64,000 nt of DNA from Mobula birostris (Eukaryota): the NCBI RefSeq assembly GCF_030028105.1, contig NC_092376.1, positions 158,936,212 to 159,000,211 on the forward strand, given 5' to 3'. The notes below the pieces were generated by a model that worked only from the letters and a program-made list of their open reading frames with translations, ran no database searches and was not told where the DNA came from. Each line of letters opens with the position of its first letter. Within the stretch, counting starts at the first letter, position 1. A program made the translations under genes and the position numbers. Positions 36,775 through 51,074 of the stretch are shown piece after piece.

Positions 36775-39700
36775 CATGGATTTCTCTGGGTTAGGAATAT
36801 ATAGTAACAGGTCATCTGCATATAGTGATACTTTATGCATCCCATTCCCATGAATAATGTCAAATATATAGGTGAATCAGGGATAGCAATTTGCCAAGGG
36901 CTCCAGGGCAATATCAAAAAGTAAAGGGCTTACAGGACAGCCCTGCCTAGTACCTTGAAAAAGCCTAAAAAACGGGGATCTCTGATTATTGGTAAATACA
37001 GCAGCTGGAGGTGTACGATATATCAGTTGAATCCAGGATATAAACTTTGAGCTGAAATTAAATTTCTTAAGTATATCAAATAAATATTCCCATTCAAGTC
37101 TGTCAGATGCCTTCTTGGCGTCAAGCAAAATAACACATTCTGGTGTTTTAATTGAAGTGGTGTATACAATGTTCATTAGCCTCCTAATATTAAAATGCGA
37201 GTAATGATTTTTAATAAATCCTGTCTGATCTTCGGAGACAATTTGTGGTGGTACCTTCTCTATTCTAATTGCTAATATTTTGGAAAAGATTTTAGAATCT
37301 ACATTCAACAAAGGTATAGATCTATATGATGCACATTCAGTGGGATCTTTATCTTCTTTAAGAATTAATGAGATAGATGCTTTATAAAATGATTGTGGTA
37401 ATTTACCTACAGATAAGGCATCTTTAAAAATTCTACGTAACCAGGGAGAAAGTACGTCTGAAAAAGGTTTATAAAATTCAACTGTATACCCATCTGGGCC
37501 AGGTGTTTTACCAGAATTCATCGAAAAAATTGCTTTCTTTATTTCCTCTTCAGTAATGGGTGCATCTAATGTTAAACATTCATCAGCTGGTAATTTCAGA
37601 ATATTTAGTTTCCTTAAAAATTCATGCATTATGGTAAGATCATCAGGAAATTCTGATTGATATATAGTGGTATAAAATTCTTGAAAAGATTTATTAATTT
37701 CATCATGGTCAACCGTCAAATTACCTTCCTGTCTACGAACTTTATTAATCTGACGTTTCGCCAAAGCAGCTTTCAATTAGCCAGTAACTTACTCGATTTA
37801 TCACCATGTATGTAAAATTGACTCTTAGTTTTAAGGAATTGATTTTCAATCAGGGCTGTTAATAAACTATGTTGCATCTGAAGTTCAACTCTCTATAAAG
37901 CTACAAATTAGGAGCAATAGAATACTTTTTATCAATTTCTTTAATCTTATCAGCCAATGTACGTATTTCACTATTAATACATTTTTTCACTCCAGCAGAG
38001 TATGAAATAATTTGCCCACAGATATATACTTCAAAGGTATCCCATAATATCTCACTGGAAATTTCTTCCATTGAGTTAGATGAAAAGAAAAATGCAATCT
38101 GTTCTTCAATAAAATTATCAAAATTTAAATCTTGAAGCAAAATAGAATTGAACCGCCATTGTCTAGTACTAAAAATTGCATCCCTAAATTTAATTGATAA
38201 TTTCAAAGGCGCATAGTTGGAAATGGCGATTGTATCATACTCACAGGTAGTGACAAATGAAACTAATTGAGAATCAATAAAGAAGTAATCGATTCTAGAG
38301 TAATTATGATATACATGAGAAAAGAAAGAGAACTCTTTATCATTAGGATCTAAAAACTTCCAAACATCTAAAATTCCTGCATCAACTAAAAAGGAATTAA
38401 TAAAAATAGCAGATTTGTTTGGATGTGCCTGATTGGGTGCAGACCTATCCATCATAGGATTCAAACAACAGTTAAAATCATCGCCCATTATTAACATATA
38501 TTCATTTAAATTGGGAAGAGATACAAATAAATGCTTAGAGAATTCAGGATAATTTAATTTGATGCATAAACATTAACCAAAACTACTTTTTGGTTATAAA
38601 GTAAACCAGTAATTAATAGAAATCTACTATATGGGCCTGCGATTATATCATGACGAACAAATGAGATTGAAGAATCTATAAAAATGGAAACACCTTTCAC
38701 TTTGGTCGATGAGTTTGAATGAACTATTCTTCTTTCCAAAACCTAAAAAGAACGCTGATTATCCTCCTTCCTCACGAGTCTCCTCCACAAAAATAATCTG
38801 AGCATTCAATCTATAAAAAACTTTAAAAATCTTCTTCCGTTTAATTGGATGGTTCAAACCATTCATGTTCCATGAAACAAAGTTAATAATATTATTCATT
38901 TTCCTTAAATAAACCATATGGTAAGTAAAGGGTTAACCAAATTGTACTATAAACCCAAGAATCAGAAAGAGGAACAAAAGTTTAAAGAGGAACCGGAAGT
39001 TATGACAATACAGACATTTTTCGTAGTTTCAAGTCAACCCAAGTGAAAAATACTAAAGTAAAAGTAACCTCCTCCCCTCCCAGAGCCCCGAAACTTGGCC
39101 AATAGGCAGCCAGTAAACTGTCTAAGAACCACCCAATCACCATCTCTCTTGACGGCAAGTCTCCAATTCTAAAAAAATTAAAATAAAAACCACCCATAGT
39201 CTAAACATTGTGAAAGGAATGCCTATTACAGTTAGATGAAAAAAAAATCAACCCTTTACAGACCATTTTAAAAAACCTGGTCTTAAGAAATAAAACAGAG
39301 TACAATCTTAATAATATTTCAAGAAAAATAGAAAAAAAACATAGAGCAGACATAAGTGAAAACGAAGTACCAGAGGACTCAGCCCAAGGGCAAAGCTCTA
39401 CGAACTTAAAATGTCTGAATCTATAAGCTGGTTATTAACTAATAAACCAGGTGTATACAAACTTAAAGGAATGGTAAATTAATTAAACATCCAAACTCAA
39501 AAGAATGTTCTTCAAGAAATTGTTGTGCAACCTCCACGGATTTAAACCATTTAAACGAATTACTGGGTAAAACAACTCTTAAGCGGGTGAGTTATAGCAG
39601 CGCTGGTCGAAAATTCCTTTGATGTAGTTCCAACATCACCGATTTAAAACACGAACTTTCTTGCAATACCTCAGGGCAATAATCTTCAACCAAACGAAAC

Positions 39701-40874
39701 TTGATTTTGATGTACAATAATTCCTTCCCAACGAGCAATTCGAATTAAGTGCTCCTTAGTACTCACATAATGAAATCGAAGAATTACAGGATGCGGATTT
39801 AACTGTTCCGATGGTTTGGGTCTTAGTGATCGATGTACGCGATCGAGTACTGGAGGAGAGGAGAAGACCTCCGAGCCAAAGACTTCCATTAAGAATTGAG
39901 AAAAAAATTTAGTAAGGTCCCCACTCTCAACGTCTTCACTGAGTCCTATTATTCACAAATTCTGTCTGCAACTATGACTCTCCAAATCAATAATCTTGGC
40001 TTTATACTGCTCCAATGTACGAGTAGTTGAATTTAATTTCTTTTCCAAAGAGTTCATTCTGGAATCCCTCTGTTTCCCTGCTTCAGTAAGCTCTGAAATT
40101 TGCCGTTGCTGTTTTCTGCTCTCTTTTCCAAGTGCTATCAATTTACTTTGATTCTCCTTCAACATTACTTCCAATGTAGCGAATTTCTTGTCAAGTTTTT
40201 CATCCAATATGTTCGAAATAGCTTGCAAAGTAAGTTGAGGCTGTTTAGGTTGTTCAAAAGTACCTTCCTTCTTCCTGTTTCCATTATCAGTTTCTTTGCC
40301 TTCGGCTAATGCCTTTCTTAGTCTGGTAGACATTTCCATCGATTAGACTTCAAAATTCAAACATATAAAGGTGTTAAAGACACTTTGATATATATAATAG
40401 AAGGGTGATAAGAAAATTGAAAAATGTCCAGAGCCCAGCCAAAATATGACCTACTCCATCTAGCGTCGCCAAGCGAGTCCCTTGTAGCTTTTTTAATTAT
40501 TGTCTATTGTGTTAATGACGCTAATGACCTGGTTTCGCCTCAGAGAGAACATGAGGATCATGGGAGATTTCTTATTCCACACTAGAGTTACTAAGATGTC
40601 ATTCTTGGAAACCAAACCTACCTCATAAGACAAAGTTTATTCTGTAGTTTGCATAAGCAGAAGTAATCACAACCTTCTTCTGTGAGTTTGCTGTCTCAGA
40701 CTCATTTTGCATCAGGATTGGAAGGTCAACATCCAAATATCTGAGCTCCATGGGAGCTCCCGTAACCTCCCACCCTCACTCTCCCTTAGTCACCCACCCC
40801 TTGCTCATTGGACCCTTTCTTTCTTCCCTTCCCCAGGCACCCATCCTAATTTTTTCTCAGCTGTCCCCTCCCTG

Positions 40875-41157
40875 GCATGCTGGCATAGTGGTTAGCACAA
40901 TGCTCTACAGTACAGGAGACATGAGTTCAGTTTCTGCCACAGTCTGTAAGGAGTTTGTACGTTCTCCCCATGACTGTGTGGGTTTCTTCTGGATGCTCCA
41001 GTTTCCTTCCACAGTCCAAAACAATACTATTTGGTAGATTAATTGGTCAGCGTAAATTAACCCACGAGTAGGCGCAGATTAAATCGGGGGTTGCTGGGCG
41101 ACATGGGTTGAAGAATTGGAAGGGCCTATTCTGCACTGTATCTCAATAAATAAATAA
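40875..41157 (+). mobile_element. V-SINE/HE1-like SINE
   Basis: A-box-like tggcatagtggttagc, B-box-like gagttcagtttc, V-domain, and CR1-like tail with (aaat)n. Confidence 0.8.
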
Positions 41158-41171
41158 TTTCAGAGCTTCTT

Positions 41172-42450
41172 TCAGTCCTGTGCAGTAGCCCCGCCCCCCC
41201 CATACCAGATAGTGATGTAGCCTGTCAGAATGCTCTCCATGATACACCTATAGAAATTTTTGAGTGTATTTATTGACATGCCAAATCTCTTCAAACCCCT
41301 AATGAAGTACAGTTGCTGTCTTGCCTTCTTTATAACTGCATCGATATGTTGGGACCAAGTTAGATCCTCATAGATCTTGACACCCAGGAACTGGAAACTG
41401 CTCACTCTCTCCACTCCTGATTCCTCTATGAGGATTGGTATGTGTTCCTTCATCTTATCCATCCTGAAGTCCACAATCAACTCTTTTGTCCTACTGACAT
41501 TGAGTGCAAGGTTGTTGCTGTGACACCACTCCACTAGTTGGTATATCTCACTCCTGTACGCTCCCTCGTCTCCATCTGAGATTCTACCAACAATGGTTGT
41601 ATCATCAGCAAATTTATAGATGGCATTTGAGCTAGCCTAGCTACACAGTCATGGGTATAGAGAGTAGAGCAGTGGGCTAAACATACACCCCTGAGGTGTA
41701 CCAGAGTTGATCGTCAGCGAGGAGGAGATGTTATCACCAATCCGCACAGATCGTGGTCTTCCAGTTGGAAAGTCAAGGATCCAATTGCAGAGGGAGGTAC
41801 AGAGACCCAGGTTCTATAACTTCTCAGTCAGGATTGTGGGAATGATGGTATTAAATGCTGAGCTATAGTCAATGAACAGCATCCTGACATAGGTGTCTGT
41901 ATTGTCCAGGTGGTCTAAGGCCTGTGAGGAGCTATCTGCCATTGACCTATTGTGGCGATAGGCAAATTGCAATTGGTCCAGATCCTTGCTGAGGCAGGAG
42001 TTCAGTCAAGTCATGACCAACCTCTCAAAGCATTTCATCACTGTAAATGTGAGTGCTACCAGGCCATAGTCATTAAGGCATCTCATACTATTCTTCTTAG
42101 GCACTGGTATAATTGTTGCCTTTTTGAAGCAAGTGGGAACTTCTGCTTGTAGCAGTGAGGGGTTGAAAATGTCCCTGAATACTCTCACCAGTTAGTTGGC
42201 AAAGGTTTTTAGAGCCTTACCAGGTACTCCAACGGGACCTTCCACCTTGTGAGGGTTCACTCTCTTTAAAGACAGACTAACATCGGCCTCTGAGACAGAG
42301 ATCACAGGGTTATCAAGTGCAGCAGGGATCTTCACAGCTGTAGTTGTGTTCTCCCTTTCAAAACGTGCATAGAGGGCATTGAGTTCATCTGGTAATGAAG
42401 CATCACTGCCATTCATACTATTGGGTTTTGCTTTGTTGGAAGTAATTTCT
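41172..42450 (-). mobile_element. Rex1/Babar LINE RT fragment
   Basis: LPDELNALYARFE; [24 protein letters not shown]; WC..NNLALNVSRTKELIVDFR. Confidence 0.9.
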
Positions 42451-43373
42451 CTTGCAACCCACAATCTCACTATTCCTCTCTGCCACCTCAGCAAATTAAT
42501 TCCATTCATCCTCGAACAAAGTTCTCCTTGTCACTTCCTCACTCTCAAGTCTTGAGAAAAACATTGGGGGGTAAAAAAGAAAAATTGCATAGTTTTGACC
42601 AAAGCTTCTAGGATTTAATATTCACTCTCTGGTCCAGTTGTCTGTTTTCTTTCTTTTAAGTTACTTGTTAACACCATCACATCTCCCTCATTATTACTTG
42701 GTTTTGTTACCAATTTAGTTTAATAATGTGAAGTGCCTTAGGCTGTAGTATAATGTTAAAAGCTCCATAAACCCAAACTTCTATTCTTATTACTAAAGTG
42801 GGACTGTATTGCTTTAAGCCTGCACTGTAAAGAAAATTACAGGTCCAAATGTAGTAGATTTAAAGGACCATTTTAACTGCCCGGCACTCTGTTTCTACTG
42901 ACGGTGATTGCTTGCACATTCCTTTAACTTTTACTTCCTGCTTAATTCAATCATTTCCTTTCATTCTGCACTTGTTAGTGACTCCTAAGATGTTTCTCTC
43001 CGCTTCCACTTTTTTTTCTCTGCTTTACAAATTACAAAATTCATTTCCTGTGATTGATATTTTTTCATGGAATATATAGTATATTATTCAAAAAGCGCTT
43101 TTGGGCATCTTTTATATTTCTAGCATTCAGCTAAAAATTCTGTCAAAAGTGCCATCAGTTTCAGGGTTTATCTGTGAATGCAGAAGGCCACAGCTTGCTG
43201 GCTGCTTTCTGACAATCATTTCCAGATTGTACTCCAACACTGGACTGTGCAGTACCTCACCTCATGGGATCAGACCAGCCAAGAAGTGCAATTTGAAAAT
43301 GGTGGATCAGCAAAAGGTAAATTCAGTGGTGAATATGTGCAACGTCACCGGGTCAGGAATCCTTTGTTTTGAA

Positions 43374-43666
43374 TTGTAGTACTTCCAGTTCAATAATTAC
43401 TTGCTTTTGAAGTTAATTAGTACTGGATTCCTTGAAACCAGTTCTGGATTTCATTGGTACTGAAATCAGAAATCTCTTCATGGATACTAATTATGGTGCC
43501 TTGACCTTTGTAGCTCCTGTTCCATTGGTTTCAGATTGTTTCTGAGGTGTTGTCTGAGATTTTCAACATTGATTTTCAGGTGACAATGTTCCTGGTGCCT
43601 TTGTTAATTTTTAGCCAGGATGATGGAAGTGACATAGTAAGTGAAATGGTGGTCAATGCAGCAGTC
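43374..43666 (-). repeat. Second copy of the 31990-32355 segment (empty site)
   Basis: Single TGTTCCAT with no insert. Confidence 0.8.
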
Positions 43667-44649
43667 ATCGGTGCTGGTGATATCTGTCAGGCCACAAGTG
43701 ATACTAGCATCCTGTTTGGTTAAAATGTAATATAACTTGGAATCACGGAGTTATAGGGTTATACTGCATGGAAGTAAGTCTTCCAACTCAATGCAGGTCT
43801 TTCTGAGCCGGTGCATTTTACCTGTATTTGACTCTTACTCCTCTAAATCTTTCTATTCATGCATCTCTCCAAATGTATTTTTAGTATTATGCTGCTGAGC
43901 TCTTTGCCACCACCCAGGTGTCACTGCATAGGTCTCATATACTGTTTACTTTTTAATTTGTGTTGCAAATGCATCTTATAATTTGTTAATTTACTTGTGG
44001 TAATATTACTTCATGTGTTATGTGTGTGCAAGTTATTTGTACTGTGTTATGCACCTTAGTCTGGAGGGATATTTGTTTTGCATGTGTGCTTTTGAATGAC
44101 AATAAACTCAACTTGAACTTGAATGGTACCTGCCTCTAGAGCTTGTTCCATATACTCACCACCCTCTGTATAAGATGTGCCCATGTCAGAGTTAGGGGGT
44201 GAGTAACTCCATGCGTACAAAAAGTTGTGAACCACTATATCTATATGAATTTCCTAGTTACTTCCTTCTCTCCTGGTTTGTGTAGTATTGTATGATCTTC
44301 AGTTCCTTGTCTGAAAATAGATTGTGATTCCTTGCATTTAATTAATGACTTTTAGTCTTACGAAGTGACACGGGACTAAAACCCAGGTTGAATCCTCCAG
44401 GCCGAATTGATTTTCAAAAATATGAACTGATTGTGGATAATTTAATGTCATTATTATGCGCAAAATATTTACTTTTGTTGGTTCATGTCATTTACGATTA
44501 GTTTTGCTCTGACCATTTGTTAACACTTTAAAAGGTGCCTCGACAGACAGAAAAAAAAACTCTGTAAATGTTTATACTGTATGAATCTTTAATTAATTGA
44601 CACTGATAATGTCTGAAAGAGAGCAATGTTAATTGCTGGTAATGCAGTT

Positions 44650-45620
44650 TAATTGTGTATTGTTAATTGCCTTTCCCTGGGGACTGCGCCTTTTTCTGGA
44701 GTGCTGAGCCATGTGCTGAATCCCGTTAGTTGTCAGAATCTTTACTTTACAGTCTTCTCTATTTTGCATGGATTGAGTATGTATTCTGAGGTATGTACAG
44801 TATCTATGACAGCATTGTCATCTGCATATTGGAGCTCCATGATGGAAGTCATTGACACCTTGCTCTTTGCCTTGAATCTGTTAAGGGTGAAGAGTCCTCC
44901 ATCTGTCCTATAGAGTCTGGACTCCTTGTGGGAGGTCTTGGCCTGTGAGATGGAGAATGGTTGCAATGAAAACAGCAAATGGAGCTGGGGAAATGATGCA
45001 CTGCTGTTTGACCTCAGTTTCAAGGTTAAAAGGTGCTGTTTCAGAGCCACTGTTGCTGATGACTGTTGCACTCATATCACTACTTAAGAGCTGCAGGATC
45101 TTGAAGTATTTCTCCAGGAACCCTATTTTGGACAGTACCTGCCAAAGAGCAGATCGATTTAGAGTCAAATGTTTTTATAGGCCATATAAGGTGGGAGATT
45201 TTGTTCCCGGGCTTTATTCTGCAGCTGACACGCTGTAAAAATCATGTCAGATGTCTCACTGGCCGGACGGATGCTACTCTGGGATTCAGGCAGGAGATCC
45301 AAGTACCTGGTTGTTATACTCATGTAAGTGCACAAAGGGTTGCAGGCTGAATACTTTTTCAAGGCACTATATACAAATGACCTTCAATGGCAGAATAATT
45401 CTATTTGCTGTAAGGGTTCACATCACAAAGCCATGTTCAGATTTGTCACTGCCTATTCTGCTGCCTCTGCAAAATTTTACAAATCTACTGGAAGCATAGA
45501 GAACCAATGTCAGATTCCTGTCCCAGGCCAATATACTCAGAACTGAGTGTTTGTATTGGCAGGTAGGTCAGTTTGTCCAGACCCCCAAAACACATCTTCT
45601 GCTCCAAGCTCTACACTGCA
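44650..45620 (-). mobile_element. Old RTE-clade LINE RT remnant
   Basis: LLPESQ, NRSALWQVLSKIG, YRTDGGLFTLNRFKAKSKV..ELQYADD. The order of the pieces suggests decay and rearrangement. Confidence 0.75.
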
Positions 45621-45679
45621 AGCAGTCCCTAGGGGTACAGGAGTAAACTCTTAACTGCATTCTCAAAAACTCTGTAACC

Positions 45680-47790
45680 CACACACACAAAATGCTGAGA
45701 CCCTTCAGCAGGACAGGAAGAAAAAAGATGAGGAGTCAGAATTAGAAGGTGGGGGGAAGTTAAGGGAGAAACACAAGGTGATATGTGAGACCTGGTTGGG
45801 GGGAGGGGTGAAGTAGAGAGCTGGGAAGTTGATTGGTGAAAGAGAAACAGGGCTGAGAAAGGAGAATTTAATAGGAGAGGACAGAAGGCCATGGAAGAAA
45901 GAAAATGGGGCAGGAGCACCAGAGGGAGGCTATGGGCAGGCAAGAAGATAAGGTGAGAAAGGGAAAAGAGGATGGGGAATGGTGGGGGGGGGGGGGGGAA
46001 TTACTGGAAATTTGAGAAATCGAACTTGGAGGCTACCCAGACGGTAGGTCGAGGGATAGAGTTTAAGAGTCGCGATGTAATGATGCAGCTCTATAAAACT
46101 CTGGTTAGGCCACACTTGGAGTACTGTGTCCAGTTCTGGTCACCTCACTATAGGAAGGATGTGGAAGCATTGGAAAGGGTACAGAGGAGATTTACCAGGA
46201 TGCTGCCTGGTTTAGAAAGTATGCATTATGATCAGAGATTAAGGGAGCTAGGGCTTTACTCTTTGGAGAGAAGGAGGATGAGAGGAGACATGATAGAGGT
46301 GTACAAGATAATAAGAGGAATAGATAGAGTGGATAGCCAGCGCCTCTTCCCCAGGGCACTACTGCTCAATACAAGAGGACATGGCTTTAAGGTAAGGGGT
46401 GGGAAGTTCAAGGGGGATATTACAGGAAGGTTTTTTACTCAGAGAGTGGTTGGTGCGTGGAATGCACTGCCTGAGTCAGTGGTGGAAGCAGATACACTAG
46501 TGAAGTTTAAGAGACTACTAGACAGATATATGGAGGAATTTAAGGTGGGGGCTTATATGGGAGGCAGGGTTTGAGGGTTGGCACGACATTGTGGGCTGAA
46601 GGGCCTGTACTGTGCTGTACTATTCTATGTTCTATGTTCTAATATAAAGTGTTATTCCTCCAGTCTGAATGTGGCCTCATCGCGACGGTAGAGGAGGCCA
46701 TGGATTAACATATCGGAATGGGAATGGGAAGTGGAACTGAAATGGCGCTCCCTGGGAGATCCCGCTTCTTCTGGCGGATGGAGCATAGGTGCTCGGTGAA
46801 GTGGTCTCCCAATCTACGAAGGGTCTCACCAAATTATAGGAGGCCACACTAGGAGCACTGAATACAGTAGATGATCCCAGCAGACTCACAGATGAAGTGT
46901 TGCCTCACCTGGAAGGACCGTTCAGGGCCCTGAATGGTAGTGAGGGAGGAGGTGTAGGGGCAGGTGTAGCACTTGTTCTGCTTACAAGTATAAATGCAGA
47001 GGCTGGTAGGGTGGTAGGTGAGGATGAGAGGAACTCTATCCCTGGTGAGGTGGTGGGAGGATGGGGTGAGGGCAGATGTACGCGAAATGGAAAAGATATG
47101 GTTTAGGGCAGCGTTGGTGGTGGAGGAAGGGAAGCCCCTTTCTTCATTCTGGAATGAAAAGCCTCTTCCTGAGAGCAGATGGAGTGGAGATGGAGGAATT
47201 GAGAGAAGGGGATGGCATTTTTACAAGTAACAGGGTGGGAAGAGGTATAGTCAAGGGAGCTGTGAGAGTCAGTGGATTTATAATAGACATCAGTAGATAA
47301 GCTGTCTCCAGAAATAGAGACAGCGAGATTGAGAAAAGGGAAGATGTCAGAAATAGACCAAATAAATTTGAGGGAAGTTGGAGGGAAAATTGATTAAGTT
47401 AATGAGCTTAGTATGGGTGCTAGAAATAGCACCATTGCAGTCGTTAATGTAGCATAGGAAAAGTTGGGGAGTGATACCAGTGTAGGCTTGGAACATAGAC
47501 TGTTTGAAGTAGCCAACAAAAAGACAAGTAGAGCTGGGACCCATGCAAGTACCCATGGCTACCCTTTTGTTTGAAGGAAGTAGGAGGAGCCAAAGGAGAA
47601 AGTATTGAGAGCGAAGACAAGTTCTACTAGAAAGAGGAGAGTGGCAGTGGAGGGGAACTGGTTGGGTCTGGTGTCCAGAAAGGAATGGAGGGCTCTGAGG
47701 CCTTCCTGGCGGGGGATGGACTGGACATCCATAGTGAAAATAAAATACTTGAGGGCCAGGGAACATGAAATCATTGGAAAGAAATGTCAC
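45680..47790 (-). mobile_element. Penelope-like element (RT, GIY-YIG, terminus) interrupted by CR1
   Basis: VAMGTCMGPS..LFVGYF..YIND (PLE RT). Colinear with 35552-36774. Confidence 0.88.
46045..46640 (+). mobile_element. Young CR1 3' fragment inserted in the Penelope-like element
   Basis: Intact frame LYKTLVRPHLEYCVQFWSP...FFTQRVVGAWNALP; (ttctatg)n tail. Confidence 0.93.
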
Positions 47791-47947
47791 AGGTGTAGGC
47801 AGGAATGGACTGAACCGGGGGGATAAAACTGAATCGAAAACTATGTGCTACTGTTATGGGACCAACCAATAAAACGATTGATGATTCACTCATGGAAAAA
47901 AGTCCTACAACAAGGGTGAGACACAAAAAACTCTGAAGATGTAACAG

Positions 47948-48058
47948 CACACACAAAATGCTGGAGGAACTCAACATGGCAGGTAGCATCTATTGTATGG
48001 AGGAAAATAAACAGTCGATGATTTGGACCTGCTGAGTTCCTCCAGCATTTTGTGTGTG
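47948..48058. repeat. Fold-back mini-element with perfect 26-bp inverted termini derived from the Penelope-like end
   Basis: cacacacaaaatgctggaggaactca (47948-47973) / tgagttcctccagcattttgtgtgtg (48033-48058). Confidence 0.85.
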
Positions 48059-48067
48059 TTGGTAATA

Positions 48068-50590
48068 GGCCATAAGACCAAGGGGCAAAATTAGGCCATT
48101 GGCCCAGTGAGTCTGCTCCACCATTCAATCATGGCCGATCCTTTTTTTCCCTTCTCAGCCCCGGTCCCTGATCTTCTGCCCATAACCTTTGATGCCATGT
48201 CCAGTCAAGAACTCATCAATCTCTGCCTTAAATACACCCAACGACCTGGCCTCCACAGCTGCCAGTGGTAACAAATTCCTCAACTTCAACACCCTCTGGC
48301 TAAAGAAATTTCTCTGCACCTCTGTTTTAAATGGACACACTTCTATCCTGAGGCTGTGTCCTAGACTCCCCCACCATTCCACATCTACTCTGTCTAGACT
48401 TTTCAACATTCGAAAGGTTTCAATGAGATCCCTCCTCATCCTTCTAAATTCCAGTGAGTACAGACCCAGAGCCATCAACCGTTCCTCGTATGATAACCCT
48501 TTCATTCCCAGAACCATCCTTGTGAACTTCCTCTGAAACCTCTCCAAATGCCAACTCATCTTTTCTTAGATGAGAAGTCCAAAACTGTTTACAATACTCA
48601 TGGTGAGTGCTTTACAAAGCCTCAGCATCACATCCCTGCTCTTGTATTCTAGACCTCTTGAAATTAATGCTAACATTGCATTTGCCTTCCTTACGAGGAA
48701 CTCAACCTGCAAGTCCGTTTGCATCTCAGATTTTTGGATTTTCTCCCCGTGTAGAAAATAGTCTGCACACTTATTTCTACTCCCAAAGTACATGAACATG
48801 CATTTTCCAACATTTTAGAACATAGAACATAGAAAGCCTACAGCACAATACAGGCCCTTCAGCCCACAATACTATGCTGAACATGTACTTACTTTAGAAA
48901 TTACCTTGGATTACCCATAGCCCTCTAATTTTCTAAGCTCCATGTACCTATTCAGGACCCTCTTAAAAGACCCTATTGTATCCGCCTACACCACTGTCGC
49001 TGGCAGCTCATTCCATGCACTCAGCACTCTCTACGTAAAAAAACTTACCCCTGACACTTCCTCTGTATTTACTTTCAAGCACCTTAAAACTGTGTGCTCT
49101 CATGTTAGCCATTTCAGCCCTGGGAAAAAGCCTCTGACTATCCATATGATCATGCCTCTCATCATTTTATACACGTTTTATTTCATTTGCTATTTTCTTA
49201 CCCATCTCCTAATCTGTCTAGGTCCTTCTGCAGCCTAACTTGCAAACTTTGCAACAAAGCCATTTATTCCAGCATCTTAATCATCGATATACATTTTGTA
49301 GCCTGGGGAAAAATACGCACGCAAGACAACAAATACTTTTTTGGGTCTTTAATTCCTTTTTCTGATTTAGATGTTTTAATGAAGATAGAGGGTATCAAAA
49401 TAAAAATAAGGAAATGAATTTAAAAAACCACAGTTCCGGCTGTTACAATTTCAGTTTAATTTCGGACCACACCCTTGTTATGTATGCAGTATGAAAATAA
49501 ATAAAACAAAATATACAAAACTAATACAGTAGTGGCAATTCTAAAAAAAATACCAAACAACATTAGAATCCCATCAACCCTGTACCTTATACACAACGTC
49601 AAAAATATGAGCAAATACATCCCATTGTAACTAAGAGATACACACACTTTGGCACACATGTGCTTAGCTTCCAAGTACATCAGTGAAGGCTGATGCAGAA
49701 TAATTGCTTATCTCATCTGCCATCTCCTTGTCCCCCATTATTAAATCTCCAGCCTCATTTTCTGGCAGTCCTATATCCACTCACATCTCTCTTTTATTTT
49801 TTACATACTTGAAAAGCTTTTACTATCCACTTTGATGTTGTTTGCTAGCTTGCTTTCATATTTCATTATTTCCCTCCAAATGATTCTTTTATTTGCTCTC
49901 CATATGTTTTTAAAGGCTTCCCAATCCTTTATCTTCCTGCTAATTTTTGCCTTGTTGTAAGCCCTCTCTTTTGCTTTTACATTAACTTTGACTTTCCTTA
50001 TCAGCCATGGTTGTAGTATTTTGCCATTTGAGTATTTCTTCATTTTTCAGCTACATCTCTCCTACACTTTCCTATTTTTTCCCAGAACTACATGCCATTG
50101 CCGCTTTGCTGTTATACCTGCCAGCATCACCTTCCAATTTACTTTGGCCAACTCCTCTCTCATACCACTGTAATTTCCTCTACACCACTGAAATACTGGT
50201 ACATCAGACTTCACCTTCTCCCTATCAAATTTAAAGTTGAACTCAATCATATTGTGATCATTGCTTCCTAAATGTTATTTTATCTTAAGCTCCCTAATTG
50301 CCTCCAGTTAATTCCATAACCCTCAATCCAATATAGTTGATCCCTTGTAGGTGCAATGACAAATTGCCCTAAAAAGCCATCTAGTATGCATTCAATAAAC
50401 TAACTCACTGTCTTGAGATCCATTACCAGCCTGATTTTCCCTATCGCCCTGCATGTTAAAGTCTTCCATAACTATCATAACGTTGCCTTTTTGACACACC
50501 TTTTCTATTTCCTGTTGTAATCTGTGGATAACGTCCCAGCTGCTGTTGGGAGTCCTGTATCAGGTACCTTTTACCCTTGCAGTTACTTAA
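48068..50590 (-). mobile_element. Cluster of degenerate CR1 pieces (48068-48815, 48816-49175, 49680-50590)
   Basis: ORFs 48155-48559, 48566-48799, 49801-50043 and 50062-50250 resemble CR1 ORF2. A separate tail tagaacatagaacatag is at 48816. Confidence 0.8.
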
Positions 50591-51074
50591 CTCTGGGTTA
50601 AATGCTCATTTTATAATTCAAACAGACTGAGAGCACCCTTTATTTTAAGGAACTCATTTATTAATCTGGGAAGGATAACTTATACTTCATTTGGAAAATT
50701 ATCTAGCATACATCAGTGAATTCGAATTAATAGCATTTTGCAAAAAATATACTTGTTTTCTTTCTCAAGAAGTGACATGAATACACATTTTACAACTTCT
50801 TGTGAAAATACAATTTTTTTCAATTTAATAAAAGTCATTAAAAGAATAGGGCAGGGAATTTTAACCAGGCACCTGGGTCGTTAAAGTTACCTGAAGTGTT
50901 CCTGCATGCTCTTTCAGTCAGGAACTGACTGATCATGCCTGTAACATGCTCATCTGAGAAAGCAATACTCAAAGTCTGTGGGGTGGAATTTCATAAATAC
51001 ATATACACTTTCAGTGATAACATTTAAATTGGGCTTCCCACCAGGCCAACCAATTGGTAAAGAGAAATTTCCTT

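Larger units (their letters stand above)
32360..40481 (-). mobile_element. Degenerate near-full-length L1-clade LINE with nested insertions
   Basis: ORF1: coiled coil ..KIIDLESHSCRQNL and LDRVHRSL..PVILRFH (40339 to about 39500). ORF2 from ATG 38899: endonuclease (GDDFN, SRIDYFF), RT (GTRQGCPVSPLLF, YADD near 36820) and C-terminal CDRC..HMFWSCP, ending at 32660. Confidence 0.92.

Noticed and set aside
44350-44381. Small hairpin ttttagtc...gactaaaa
   Set aside because: An 8-bp AT-rich stem alone is not significant in 64 kb.
45972-46574. 200-aa ORF with a poly-Gly N-terminus
   Set aside because: Chance fusion of antisense Penelope sequence (G-run) to a CR1 ORF2 C-terminus.
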